A stretch of DNA of 63,228 bases, counting the filler. It is 5 parts of 5 records of this genome, joined end to end, with 100 filler letters (N's around TTAATTAATTAA, not from the genome) between each part and the next. Parts side by side here need not be neighbours in the genome. Positions count along the whole stretch, not along the records: positions 34,551 to 52,389 come from DRR378314_2261; 4 more parts are not named here. One strand, written 5' to 3'. Positions 38,013-47,417 of this stretch are shown here, in pieces. Under the pieces are notes generated by a model. That model worked only from the letters and a program-made list of their open reading frames with translations. It was not told the DNA's origin and ran no database searches. How positions within the stretch are numbered: the first letter of the stretch is position 1; each line of letters opens with the position of its first letter. The translations under genes were made by a program, and so were the position numbers.

Positions 38013-38759
38013 TCACATCGCCCTTGCAAACAACCCAAAGGGCAGGGCCTTCAACACATAGCTGAGCGGTGTCCAGGGCCACCAGGGTACATAGGCTCGG
38101 CGTACCTCGGAATCAATCGCTTTCACGAGTGCTTTCACGCCGGTTTCCAGATCCACCCGGAAGGGCGCATTCTTTGTTTCGCGGTTGATGTCGGTGAGGA
38201 TGTAGCCTGGCATGATGTTGCTGACGTTGATGGGCTTGCCCTTGGTGTCCAGTTGCAGGCCCTCGGCCAACGAAGCTACGGCGGCCTTGGTGGCGGCATA
38301 GACGTTGATCGGGCCACGGAAGCCGCGAACACCGCTGACTGAAGACATCAGCACAAGATGCCCGCTGTTCTGTTCCCGGAAAATCTCCATGGCCGCCTCG
38401 CTCTGGGCAATGGCGGCGATAAAGTTGGTTTCGGCCGTCTGCCGGTTGGCGGCAAAGTGCCCACGCCCAATCGGCTGGGAACTGCCAATACCCGCATTCA
38501 CCACCACTCGGTCAAGACTGCCCAGCTCGTCCCGGAAGCCCCGGAACACCTCGAACACCTGATCGTAGTCGCACACATCCAGGCCCCGGACCAGCACGCG
38601 AATATCCGGGTACGCTTGCTGCAATTCCCGCTGTAATGCCTCCAGCTTATCCGCCCGCCGCGCGCAGAGCGCAAGATTGCAGCCTTTGGCCGCCCATTCG
38701 CGGGCCATGCCTTCGCCGAGGCCGGTGCTGGCGCCGGTAATCAGAATGTTCTTTCGCAT
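38013..38759 (-). CDS. Short-chain dehydrogenase/reductase
   Basis: ITGASTGLG, VNAG, YAATK. Confidence 0.92.
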   Translation of the reverse strand: MRKNILITGASTGLGEGMAREWAAKGCNLALCARRADKLEALQRELQQAYPDIRVLVRGLDVCDYDQVFEVFRGFRDELGSLDRVVVNAGIGSSQPIGRGHFAANRQTAETNFIAAIAQSEAAMEIFREQNSGHLVLMSSVSGVRGFRGPINVYAATKAAVASLAEGLQLDTKGKPINVSNIMPGYILTDINRETKNAPFRVDLETGVKALVKAIDSEVRRAYVPWWPWTPLSYVLKALPFGLFARAM

Positions 38760-39217
38760 TGGTTGTGCCTTGGATGGTTCAGGTTGTATTCACTCAGACT
38801 AGCATGATTGGGGGGTGTTGGAATTGGTTGGACGACGTCGTTCATCTATCTATGGCGGCAGCCCGTTCTACAAAGGCGAGGCTCGCTGGCGTTGCTGAGA
38901 GACAGTTAAAAAGTGTTGGTGTCGCAATAAATTCGTCTTTTGTGCGAAATAGATGAATAAGTCATGCAAAATAGACAGTTAGGATCGGCAAAAAGCATGA
39001 TCTGTTCGTTTTTTCGCCGGTATCACGAGTTTCGGACTAAAAGATCTGGTTTTTTTGAAGAAAAATAGGAAAATTGCCTGCCAATTGGCAAATTTCAAAA
39101 ATTTTCACTAAATAATCTACGGTAGTATTTTTACGTATGCTTTTTTGACACAACTCGTTTTGTGTAGGCATGACAGGCACACACTTTTCGCCCACGAAAG
39201 AAAAAGAGAGAATAAAT

Positions 39218-40036
39218 ATGATTCGCAAACTAGCACCGCTTGTATTCGCTTGTGCTGCGGTAACCTCCGTAAGCGCGACAGCCGATCAGCTGGACACCGT
39301 GATTCAACGTGGCACTTTGAACTGTGGCGTCGTTCTGGATTTCCCACCCATGGGATACTTTGATGAGAACAACGATCCGGCCGGTTTCGACGTCGATTAC
39401 TGTAACGACCTGGGCGAAGCGCTCGGTGTAGATGTTAAGGTTCTCAACCTTACCTGGGGCGATCGGATCCCATCCCTGGTCTCTGGCAAGACTGATGTGG
39501 TTATTGGTTCCACCTCCGATACGCTGGAACGCGCCAAGACCGTTGGCTTCACCTACCCGTACTTCGTTTTTAAATTCCAGGTTATTGCCAACGAAGACAA
39601 GAGCATCGAATCCTTCGCCGATCTGAAGAACCTGAAAGTGGGTGCCGCGCTCGGAACGACCTATGAAACCGAGTATCTCGCTTATGCCGAACAGCAGGGC
39701 TGGGGCAAGGATAATTACACCTCGTTCAAATCAGAGAACGATGCCTATCTGGGCCTTTACCAGGGTAAGGTTGACGCAATCATTTCAACCAACACGAACA
39801 TCGCGACCAAGCTGCGTAGCGAAGAGTTCAAGGATTTTGAAGCTGGCCCCTACGTTCCCAACTACGACGACGTCGTGGGCATCATCGCCAAGCGTGATGA
39901 AGTCGCCTGGATCAACTACCTGAACCTGTTCCTGGTGCGCCAGATTCGTGATGGCAATATGAACGAGGCCTACAACAAACACTTTGGTACCGATGCGCCT
40001 GCCGATCTGATCCAGTCCCTCCGGGACAACAAGTAA
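39218..40036 (+). CDS. Polar amino acid ABC substrate-binding protein (LhpP/hydroxyproline-like)
   Basis: Signal peptide; LDFPPMG, GFDVDYC.DL, DRIP.LVSG..DV...STSDTLERAKTVG. Confidence 0.85.
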   Translation: MIRKLAPLVFACAAVTSVSATADQLDTVIQRGTLNCGVVLDFPPMGYFDENNDPAGFDVDYCNDLGEALGVDVKVLNLTWGDRIPSLVSGKTDVVIGSTSDTLERAKTVGFTYPYFVFKFQVIANEDKSIESFADLKNLKVGAALGTTYETEYLAYAEQQGWGKDNYTSFKSENDAYLGLYQGKVDAIISTNTNIATKLRSEEFKDFEAGPYVPNYDDVVGIIAKRDEVAWINYLNLFLVRQIRDGNMNEAYNKHFGTDAPADLIQSLRDNK

Positions 40037-40045
40037 GCGCTGAAC

Positions 40046-40072
40046 TGACGGCCGCCCAATAGGCGGCCGTCA
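40046..40072 (+). terminator. Intercistronic stem-loop after the binding-protein gene
   Basis: TGACGGCCGCC-CAATA-GGCGGCCGTCA inverted repeat; no T-tail. Confidence 0.55.
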
Positions 40073-40189
40073 TTGCATAGGTTCCTGGGTCGGGGGCAAG
40101 CCCAACCGTGCCCTGACCTTAAATTCTGATCGCAGCCCTGTTTACCGGGCAGTGGTCGAGTTTCCTTCCATTCATAAAATGGCCAAGGT

Positions 40190-40855
40190 ATGGACTACGA
40201 ATTTCACTGGAACGTTGTGTTCCAGAACATGCCACAGCTACTAAACGGTGCCTTCGTTACCCTGCACGTATCCGTTCTAGCCATGCTGCTCGGCGTGGTG
40301 ATCGCAATACTGTTGGCGATCGCCAAAATGAACAACACAAAGTTCTTCAGCCAGATAGCGACGGTCTGGGTCGAGATCGCCCGAAATACGCCAGCACTCT
40401 TTCAGATCTATATGGCCTACTTCGGCCTTGGGGCTTTCGGGATCCACCTAAGCCCCTATGTTGCGGTACTGAGCGCACTGGTCTTCATTAACGCTGGTTA
40501 CCTGACCGAGACCTTTCGAGGCGGGTTCCAATCGATTCCAAGCACCCAATACAGCGCCTCCAAGTCCCTGGGCATGACCAGCATTCAGACGTATCGATAC
40601 ATCATCCTTCCGCAGATGCTCAGACGCATCTACCACCCGATGACCAACCAGTTTGTCTGGTCCATCCTGATGAGCTCGTTAGGGATTCTTGTGGGTATGA
40701 GTGAGTTGTCTGGTACTACGCAGAGGTTGCAGTCACTGTCGTTCAGAACGCTCGAGTTCTTCATTGTGGCGGCTGTTATGTACTTCATCATCACCAAACT
40801 GGTGTTGTTTGTGTCATCACTGCTTGCCCGTCGACTCTTCAAGGGGGAAATCTGA
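40190..40855 (+). CDS. Amino acid ABC permease (HisM/GlnP family)
   Basis: VEIARNTP, ETFRGG, SLGM, IILPQ. Confidence 0.92.
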   Translation: MDYEFHWNVVFQNMPQLLNGAFVTLHVSVLAMLLGVVIAILLAIAKMNNTKFFSQIATVWVEIARNTPALFQIYMAYFGLGAFGIHLSPYVAVLSALVFINAGYLTETFRGGFQSIPSTQYSASKSLGMTSIQTYRYIILPQMLRRIYHPMTNQFVWSILMSSLGILVGMSELSGTTQRLQSLSFRTLEFFIVAAVMYFIITKLVLFVSSLLARRLFKGEI

Positions 40856-41508
40856 TGAATTCTTTATTCACGCCCCTGTCCTGGAGCGATAGTGGCCTAA
40901 TTCTGACCGGCGTCTGGAATACCATCATCATCTCCGTTGTGGCCATCGTTGTGGGCACTTTCCTGGGGCTGTTCGTTGGTTTTCTCCGCGCCGAAAGTAA
41001 CAGGGCCGTCAATGTCCTTATCGGTAGCGTGCTGGACATACTCAGAAGTGTTCCCCTGATTATCCAGCTAATACTGTTCTCCACCCTTGTCGGTGCAATG
41101 GGTAACCCACTGGCTCCGTTTGTGGCTGGCTCCATCGTGCTCTCACTTTACACCATGGCCTTCATGAGCGAGGTATTTCGTAGTGGCTTTGAGAGCGTCA
41201 GCCCTTCAATGCAGACTGCTGCGCGTTCACTGGGCATGACCAAGTGGCAAACCATCTACCATATCCGGTTACCCATTGGTTTGCGCGCCGTATTCCCATC
41301 CTGGCTGGGTGTCTCGCTCAGCGTGATCAAGGACTCCGCCCTGGTATCCGTAATCGGGTACATGGAGTTGCTGCGCACGTCGGAACAGCTCATCTCACGA
41401 ACCCAGCAACCGCTCGAGATCCTGATAGGTGTTGGTATCTTTTACTTCATTATTTCATACCCTCTGTCCCACTACGGCCGGTATGTTGAGAGGAAAATGG
41501 CAATATGA
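40855..41508 (+). CDS. Amino acid ABC permease
   Basis: RSVPL, SEVFRSG, AARSLGM, IKDSALVSVIG. Confidence 0.92.
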   Translation: MNSLFTPLSWSDSGLILTGVWNTIIISVVAIVVGTFLGLFVGFLRAESNRAVNVLIGSVLDILRSVPLIIQLILFSTLVGAMGNPLAPFVAGSIVLSLYTMAFMSEVFRSGFESVSPSMQTAARSLGMTKWQTIYHIRLPIGLRAVFPSWLGVSLSVIKDSALVSVIGYMELLRTSEQLISRTQQPLEILIGVGIFYFIISYPLSHYGRYVERKMAI

Positions 41509-42227
41509 TCAGCGTACAGAATGTCCATAAATCCTTTGGCGATCTTGAGGTTCTGAAAGGCGTCAGCCTTGATGTCAAAAAAGGCGAGGTTGTGAGCGTT
41601 ATCGGGGGCTCCGGCAGTGGCAAGTCGACCCTCCTGTACTGCATCAATGCCATTGAGCCTATCAACAAGGGCAAAATCCTTGTTGATGATGTAGATGTTC
41701 ATGCCAAAGACACCAACAAAGACAAGTTGCGCCAGAAGCTGGGCATGGTCTTTCAGCAGTGGAATTCCTTTCCTCACATGACTGTGCTGGAGAACGCCGC
41801 CCTGGCGCCCAGAATCGTCAAGAAAATGAGCCGGGAAGAGGCAATTGAAATCGCCAAGAAAGAGTTGGAGCACGTCGGCCTGGGTGACAAGTTCGACGTC
41901 TATCCCACGAAAATGTCCGGCGGCCAGCAGCAGCGCCTGGCGATTGCCCGTGCACTGGCCATGAAGCCTGACTACATGCTTCTTGACGAGGTGACCTCTG
42001 CGCTCGACCCGGAGCTGGTAGGCGAGGTTCTGGATACCTTGCGCCTATTGGCGGAAGAAGGCATGACCATGATCTGTGTAACCCATGAGATGGGGTTTGC
42101 ACGGGATGTGTCTGATCGGGTGGCTTACTTCCACGAGGGCGTGATTGCGGAGATTGGTGAAGCACGGCAGGTGATTACCGATCCGCAAAACCCGCTCACC
42201 CAGAAGTTCCTCTCGAAAGTGCGCTAG
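41505..42227 (+). CDS. Amino acid ABC ATPase (GlnQ family)
   Basis: GGSGSGKST, MSGGQQQR, DEVTSALDPELVGEVL, THEMGFAR. Confidence 0.95.
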   Translation: MISVQNVHKSFGDLEVLKGVSLDVKKGEVVSVIGGSGSGKSTLLYCINAIEPINKGKILVDDVDVHAKDTNKDKLRQKLGMVFQQWNSFPHMTVLENAALAPRIVKKMSREEAIEIAKKELEHVGLGDKFDVYPTKMSGGQQQRLAIARALAMKPDYMLLDEVTSALDPELVGEVLDTLRLLAEEGMTMICVTHEMGFARDVSDRVAYFHEGVIAEIGEARQVITDPQNPLTQKFLSKVR

Positions 42228-42415
42228 AAAGTCGCCACAACCGTGGCGCTGGCTGGGGGAGTTCCTGGACCCGCTTTCCCGGCCATTTTTCCATCCTTGA
42301 TGTGATGTAGTTCTGAAAACCCAGAAAGGCAGGGCCTTCAGCCAAGGAGGCCACCGCGGCCTTGGTTTCAGTCAGTCGAGGTTGTAACGTTCGGCTGATT
42401 GGCTGGCTTGATTCC

Positions 42416-43279
42416 TTAAAATACGTAAACTATTTCTCCAATAAAACTGGAGTTCGGCACTGGTCCCCATATACGACTGTCGCTTGAATTATCTCTATTG
42501 TCACCTAGAAAAAAGTAGTGTTTCTCAGGTATTTGGAACCTATTGGTCACCTTGTACGGGCGATTCGGATTCCTCTGGATAAGGTAACTGTCATCGTTAT
42601 AAGTTTCTTGATATAAGTTGTAGCCATCTTTAGTTTCAACATACTTAGTGGTTAACGATTTCCCGTTTACGGATATTTCCTGGCCATCAATTTCAACTGT
42701 ATCACCCGGCATTCCTATGACTCTTTTAATAAAGAGTGAATCTGAATTTGGTGGATAAAATACATAGAGACCACTTCGCCTAACTCTGGATGGTTCTGAT
42801 ATTTCGCTGTTAATAATAGACAAACCGTAAGATTCGTAGCCACCATAACCCCATTTTTTCACTATCACATAATCACCTTTGTTAATGTTGGGGCTCATTG
42901 AAGATGCGGGAATGCTGAAAGGCTCATACATGAATGCCCTAACAAGGAAGATAGGTATATAAAATGCCAAAAGAATACTTGGGATTGCCCACCAACGAGA
43001 ATACCAGCCTCTTTTTTCGCCAGGATCATAGTTTTTTGTTAGAAAATAAGCATGAATAGGGCAAATCAGTATAAATAGCCAACTGAAATAGAAATAATGA
43101 TACCAGCTATTTTCTGACAAATTTTGATGAGTAAAGTAGTCGATTCCAGTTGCAAAAAATAATGCTAGCAAATAAAGCCAGAACAACCTTGGCCTATTCA
43201 CATAAAGAAAAACAAAGGGTTGAAGAACAATTCCCACTAACAGCGATACCCAGGATTTTGGCTTCCATTGTGTATTCAA
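42416..43279 (-). CDS. lepB: Signal peptidase I (S26), accessory copy
   Basis: EPFSIPASSM.P, FIKRVIGMPGD, GDNRDNSSDSR.WG; extra N-terminal TM segments; visibly AT-rich. Confidence 0.9.
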   Translation of the reverse strand: MNTQWKPKSWVSLLVGIVLQPFVFLYVNRPRLFWLYLLALFFATGIDYFTHQNLSENSWYHYFYFSWLFILICPIHAYFLTKNYDPGEKRGWYSRWWAIPSILLAFYIPIFLVRAFMYEPFSIPASSMSPNINKGDYVIVKKWGYGGYESYGLSIINSEISEPSRVRRSGLYVFYPPNSDSLFIKRVIGMPGDTVEIDGQEISVNGKSLTTKYVETKDGYNLYQETYNDDSYLIQRNPNRPYKVTNRFQIPEKHYFFLGDNRDNSSDSRIWGPVPNSSFIGEIVYVF

Positions 43280-43290
43280 AGTAATTCCCT

Positions 43291-43390
43291 ATATTACCAC
43301 TGAGCACAGAGACAACCTTTCATGGATCATTCGTAGCCATGGAAAGGTTGTCCTGCAGCCATCGGCCGCGTACAGCGGCGACTTGTTTAA
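43291..43390 (-). repeat. Degenerate attC-like site
   Basis: Inner inverted repeat GACAACCTTTCATGG (43311-25) / CCATGGAAAGGTTGTC (43337-52); ends CTTGTTTAA; lies about 12 nt before the lepB start codon. Confidence 0.6.
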
Positions 43391-43436
43391 TATTCCCGAA
43401 GACATGCTGATGCCAGAACTCGCATTTGTCTTTGAA

Positions 43437-43738
43437 CTACAGCTCATTATCAGAAGTAAAAAGTGCTGCGAGAGGCTTTGCTACCAGCATTTCTGTGGCA
43501 CCTTTTTGAAACCGGTAGCTGACAGGCTGCAACGCGACGTCCATACCATCTACGGATAGCGCCGTCATGACTGGATCCAAATGCGTCGAGGTCTCTCCAT
43601 CCAGCGACAAAACTGGAAAGACGCGAACCTCGGCCGCAACTCTGCAATGTGCTTGTTGAGATCATCTTGCGGCAATCTGAACATAACTCGATATTCCTCA
43701 AAAGACCGGCCCCATAGGACCACGTTAGCTAACTCTAA
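43437..43738 (-). pseudogene. Internally deleted class I SAM-dependent methyltransferase-like gene
   Basis: N-terminal LELANVVLWGRSFEEYRVMFRLPQDDLNKHI joined out of frame to C-terminal CRVAAEVRVFPVLSLDG...VSYRFQKGATEML; GGAG RBS precedes TTA in place of a start codon. Confidence 0.7.
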
Positions 43739-43838
43739 ATCTGACTCTCCGTAGTATGCTGCGTGGCGTTCTGCAGCGCAGATTCGGGTGATGCCATACG
43801 GGGCTACTGCGGGTCACATGGAACTGCAGAGTTCAAAC

Positions 43839-44093
43839 TTAGTTCTTAAAGGATACCGGCTTCTCTAACTGAAGCAGAAGGTCAGATATTTCTGATACTT
43901 TCTCGGTAATCAGAGTCTCGGCATCGTACAAACCACGGTTGTAAAAGAATCCACCAATTTCCTCCGCAAAGAAATCAATGAGAAATTCGGCGTCAAAGCC
44001 CCCGATATCCTGGTTCAGTTCTTCACGAAAATACAGTTTGACCTTCTGAGTCATCACCGCCTTCTCTTCCTTGGAAAACTCAATTTTCTCCAT
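43839..44093 (-). CDS. DUF2164 family protein
   Basis: YFREEL..DIG.FDAEFL.DFF.EEIG..FYNRGL.DA. Confidence 0.85.
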   Translation of the reverse strand: MEKIEFSKEEKAVMTQKVKLYFREELNQDIGGFDAEFLIDFFAEEIGGFFYNRGLYDAETLITEKVSEISDLLLQLEKPVSFKN

Positions 44094-44146
44094 ACTTTGA
44101 TCCTTAACTCACTTAATGCTTTAACCTGGAGCGGTGGTCGACCTGG

Positions 44147-44689
44147 CTATACATGCGATTCATTTGGAATCCGTTCCAATAGGTCGGTAAGGCCAATATC
44201 CACACCCGCCTGCGACAGCAACGTTGAAGCCTGCCCTCGATGGTGGGTTTGATGGTTAAAGAAATGAAGAACCAGGCTCGAATACCGCTTTTGGGCTGGA
44301 ACACCTTTCATGTTGCCGTAACTGAGAACGACATCCAGGTCGACGTCGGCGAGGTGGGAAATCCAGTCGACAATCTGGCGATCCAGCCAGCTCCGGTGTT
44401 CCTTTAAGCGCCCCAGATCGTCAAAGAGGATCTGATCCAGGCTTGTGGGATTTTCAAGATTCGTGACCGCCTGAAATGAGTCCACGCAGGACGGATGGGT
44501 CACGAACCGTTTAAGCCAGACGGTATCAGCCACAACGAGATGATTGAGCGTCCCCAGAATGGAGCCGAAAAAGGCCCCGCGGTCCTGGGCGAGCTCCGAT
44601 GCGGAGAGGCGACCGGCCGCTTCATACACCTTTGCGTTCATCCACTGATTGTATGCGGCCAATAATTGGAAGTGTTCTTTCAGACTCAT
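44147..44689 (-). CDS. DinB family protein
   Basis: YNQWMN, FFGSILGTLNHLVVAD, HFFNHQTHHRGQ. Confidence 0.92.
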   Translation of the reverse strand: MSLKEHFQLLAAYNQWMNAKVYEAAGRLSASELAQDRGAFFGSILGTLNHLVVADTVWLKRFVTHPSCVDSFQAVTNLENPTSLDQILFDDLGRLKEHRSWLDRQIVDWISHLADVDLDVVLSYGNMKGVPAQKRYSSLVLHFFNHQTHHRGQASTLLSQAGVDIGLTDLLERIPNESHV

Positions 44690-44726
44690 TTACATCCCCT
44701 CTGGTTCTCGGTTCCGGCACCGCCGT

Positions 44727-45182
44727 TCAGAGCCAGCGGCGAACCCGTTGCTCATAGGCCACGAATTCATCACCGAACAACGCCCGCAAGGCTTGTTCCT
44801 CGGGAGCAATCTGGAAGCGATTCATGTATAGCACAAAAAATACCACTCCAAGCAAGCCCCAGCCAGGCCCCAAAAACACACCCCAGGCGAGCAACCACAA
44901 CGCGAATCCCACATACATCGGATTGCGGGAATACTGGTAAATGCCGGAAGACACCAAAGCCGAGCTAGCCTCGGGCGTACGAGGGTCTACCGTAGTTTTT
45001 GCACGCCGAAAGGCCACCACGCCAGCCACGGGAAACAGGAGTCCAACAACAAAGATCACGCCAGTGGCAACCCGCCGGACGGTGTCGTCGAGCGATACCG
45101 ATGAGGTAAACGTGGAAATGCCCCACATCACGGCACCGGCGATCAGCACCAAGAGCAGGGGAGGGATGCGTTTGGCAAGCAT
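44727..45182 (-). CDS. Isoprenylcysteine carboxylmethyltransferase/PEMT-family membrane protein
   Basis: TTVDP, LV.SGIY.YSRNPMY, QI.PEE.AL..LFG, VRRWL. Confidence 0.9.
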   Translation of the reverse strand: MLAKRIPPLLLVLIAGAVMWGISTFTSSVSLDDTVRRVATGVIFVVGLLFPVAGVVAFRRAKTTVDPRTPEASSALVSSGIYQYSRNPMYVGFALWLLAWGVFLGPGWGLLGVVFFVLYMNRFQIAPEEQALRALFGDEFVAYEQRVRRWL

Positions 45183-45213
45183 GAAGAGACCTATGAATTG
45201 GCGCCTTAACTGA

Positions 45214-45444
45214 TCAAGCCTCTTCCTTCAAAACCAGGCTGACCAACTTGTGAACGAGCGGCGACACCGCAAGTATGGTGGGAAAGGCGACGGCAAACGC
45301 AAAAAGCCAGGCATTCAGCCAGATTGAAATAATATTGCTGACCCAACCCACGTTAAAAACACTGATCACCAGCGACATGATGCAGGACATCAACAGTGAC
45401 ATGAAAAACGAAAACACGATTCTGTGATACTTGCGGTCAATCAT
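45214..45444 (-). CDS. DUF2798 family small membrane protein
   Basis: FFMSLLMSCIMS...WL.AW..AF.VAFP. Confidence 0.8.
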   Translation of the reverse strand: MIDRKYHRIVFSFFMSLLMSCIMSLVISVFNVGWVSNIISIWLNAWLFAFAVAFPTILAVSPLVHKLVSLVLKEEA

Positions 45445-45447
45445 TCT

Positions 45448-45744
45448 TTATCTCTTCAAAACATTCGTAGAGCCCGGTAAGGGTTCCCCAGGGCAGTTCA
45501 GACTCTTTATCGTTTTTTCCTTCAGCCAAATCGTATCACCCTGATACGGATGTTCTCTCCAATCTTCTGTCACCTCAACACAAAAGCCGGGCAAATCAGG
45601 AAGGCGCTTGATAGAGGTTTTTGGATAACCTTCGGGCTTTTCACCTATGATGGCAGAATCCGGGTTTTTCAAGTCGACGGCTGGTTGGTGCGATGCACAA
45701 CCAAGAAGGCTTAGGCCTAAAAGTACGGTGAGAATACATTTCAT
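45448..45744 (-). CDS. Hypothetical lipoprotein
   Basis: MKCILTVLLGLSLLGC lipobox. Confidence 0.65.
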   Translation of the reverse strand: MKCILTVLLGLSLLGCASHQPAVDLKNPDSAIIGEKPEGYPKTSIKRLPDLPGFCVEVTEDWREHPYQGDTIWLKEKTIKSLNCPGEPLPGSTNVLKR

Positions 45745-45835
45745 TGGAACGCCCCCAGATGTTTCCTTGAGAAAGGTTACAACTCCAGCACAAGGTGCCT
45801 TCAAATCATACGGTTGCCAGGAGGCGTTCAGCCCT

Positions 45836-46585
45836 TTAGTAATGAATGAAGCCGCTCACGGTATTACCTTCATCTTCCTGAAAACTGATCTCCAACTTGG
45901 TCTCCCCCTCAGCTGTTGAAGAGACACGGTAGCTTCCTTCGCTGATCACTTCATTTGCACTTGGTGGGGTGAAAACAGTGATGTTGTTCTGTGAATCAAA
46001 ATTGCCACCACTGCCTGAGAGATCCAGATTGATGAGGAGAGCAGGGGACTCCAGGCCATTGCACCATTCGTCCTGACAGCGTTCGGCAACAATCTTCAGC
46101 TCTTCCGATTTCGTGGTACCGAAATCGTATACGGCACGGTTCAGGTGGTGGGCCTTCCAGGTTTCACCATTAATTTTCCCCTGCATCGGCTGATCGGCAA
46201 AGTCGTGGCAGTATTGCTTTGTTGGTTTTCTTTGTGCGGTGGCTTTGAACGAAGCCATCATTGTGCGTTGCAGGTCCACCTTTGGCTTGCCGCCAACGTC
46301 TGTAATGAATGTGGGATGAGTAACGTCGGTGAAACACTCGCTGTAGAAAACCACATCCACACCATCTTCAGTTGGCGCCAGTATTTTGTAATTGTCCCGA
46401 TCAAGGCTGCCTTCCAGTCCTTCAAGAAACTGGGCCTGCTCCGGGTCAGAAATGACACGTTTAGCGGCTTCAACATCCTGGTTTGCAACGGCTACCCAGA
46501 AGTCCTCTGCAACGGATACTTCCGACGTCTGCTCTGAACAACCAACGAGTAAGGCCAAGGAGAGGAGGGTATAAACGGCTTTCAC
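45836..46585 (-). CDS. Hypothetical lipoprotein
   Basis: MKAVYTLLSLALLVGC lipobox; additional Cys pairs. Confidence 0.75.
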   Translation of the reverse strand: MKAVYTLLSLALLVGCSEQTSEVSVAEDFWVAVANQDVEAAKRVISDPEQAQFLEGLEGSLDRDNYKILAPTEDGVDVVFYSECFTDVTHPTFITDVGGKPKVDLQRTMMASFKATAQRKPTKQYCHDFADQPMQGKINGETWKAHHLNRAVYDFGTTKSEELKIVAERCQDEWCNGLESPALLINLDLSGSGGNFDSQNNITVFTPPSANEVISEGSYRVSSTAEGETKLEISFQEDEGNTVSGFIHY

Positions 46586-46679
46586 TATCTAGCATCCTTT
46601 CTAGCGTTTTTTTGATCGGAACTGGAATGAAAGGTTACAGACTTACATTACCCTTGCAAAGAACCCAAATGGGGCGCTA

Positions 46680-46925
46680 CTAACAGCCGCCTCCGCCATC
46701 GCCGCCACCACCGCCGCAATCGCCTCCACCACCAAAAAAGCCACCACCTCCAGCACCGGTGGTAGAGCGGGCCTTTACCTTGGTGGACAGCCACAGCATG
46801 AACACAACCAACACCAGGAAAAAGGTGAAGGGGGCGATGCCGCTGGCGAACAGGGTGTTCGCCTCAAGATCAATGGCCTGCCAGAGGAAGTAAAGCGATA
46901 CCAGGTAGATGAGGAACCATTTCAT
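46680..46925 (-). CDS. Small membrane protein with Gly-rich C-terminal tail
   Basis: Two hydrophobic segments then GGGGFFGGGGDCGGGGGDGGGGC; ATGA overlap with the GNAT gene. Confidence 0.7.
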   Translation of the reverse strand: MKWFLIYLVSLYFLWQAIDLEANTLFASGIAPFTFFLVLVVFMLWLSTKVKARSTTGAGGGGFFGGGGDCGGGGGDGGGGC

Positions 46926-47374
46926 AGTGGAGGCCCTTGGAGATCTTTCACATAAACATGGGTCGTCTTCGTGCGCTCAAAGCCAATAGACGGGTAAAAT
47001 CCATGGGACTCCGAACGACTTACATTGGATCGTACCACGACCCGTGAAAGCCCATTGGTGCGCGACCAGTCTTCGATAGCCTGAACAAGCAACCGCCCGA
47101 CACCAGTCCGTCGGGCACTGGCGCTCACGACCAGCCCAGTGATCTCAGACGTAAACAACTCACCGATAGAGATACGCTTTTCGGCGACGGCCCATCCAAC
47201 CACTGTAGCATTGGAGATAGCCACAAGTATGTGATGGTTCGGGGATGCGAGCAGCGCCTCCAGCCATGCCCCGGTCTGAGACTCATTGGCGGAATAGCCC
47301 CACTCGAGGACCAGACTGTGTATACCAGGCAGGTGTTCAGCGGTTCCTTGCTGGATTGAGATATCGCTATTCAT
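46922..47374 (-). CDS. GNAT acetyltransferase
   Basis: GLVV...ARRTGVGRLL, SH.FYPSIGF. Confidence 0.9.
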   Translation of the reverse strand: MNSDISIQQGTAEHLPGIHSLVLEWGYSANESQTGAWLEALLASPNHHILVAISNATVVGWAVAEKRISIGELFTSEITGLVVSASARRTGVGRLLVQAIEDWSRTNGLSRVVVRSNVSRSESHGFYPSIGFERTKTTHVYVKDLQGPPL

Positions 47375-47417
47375 TCAAAAGACCTTCTGCCAGAGTGGGC
47401 CGGCTGTCACGGCTTCC

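Noticed and set aside
39040-39217. Sigma-54 promoter upstream of the amino acid ABC operon
   Set aside because: GGCA/GGCAC candidates lack GC at the required -12 spacing.
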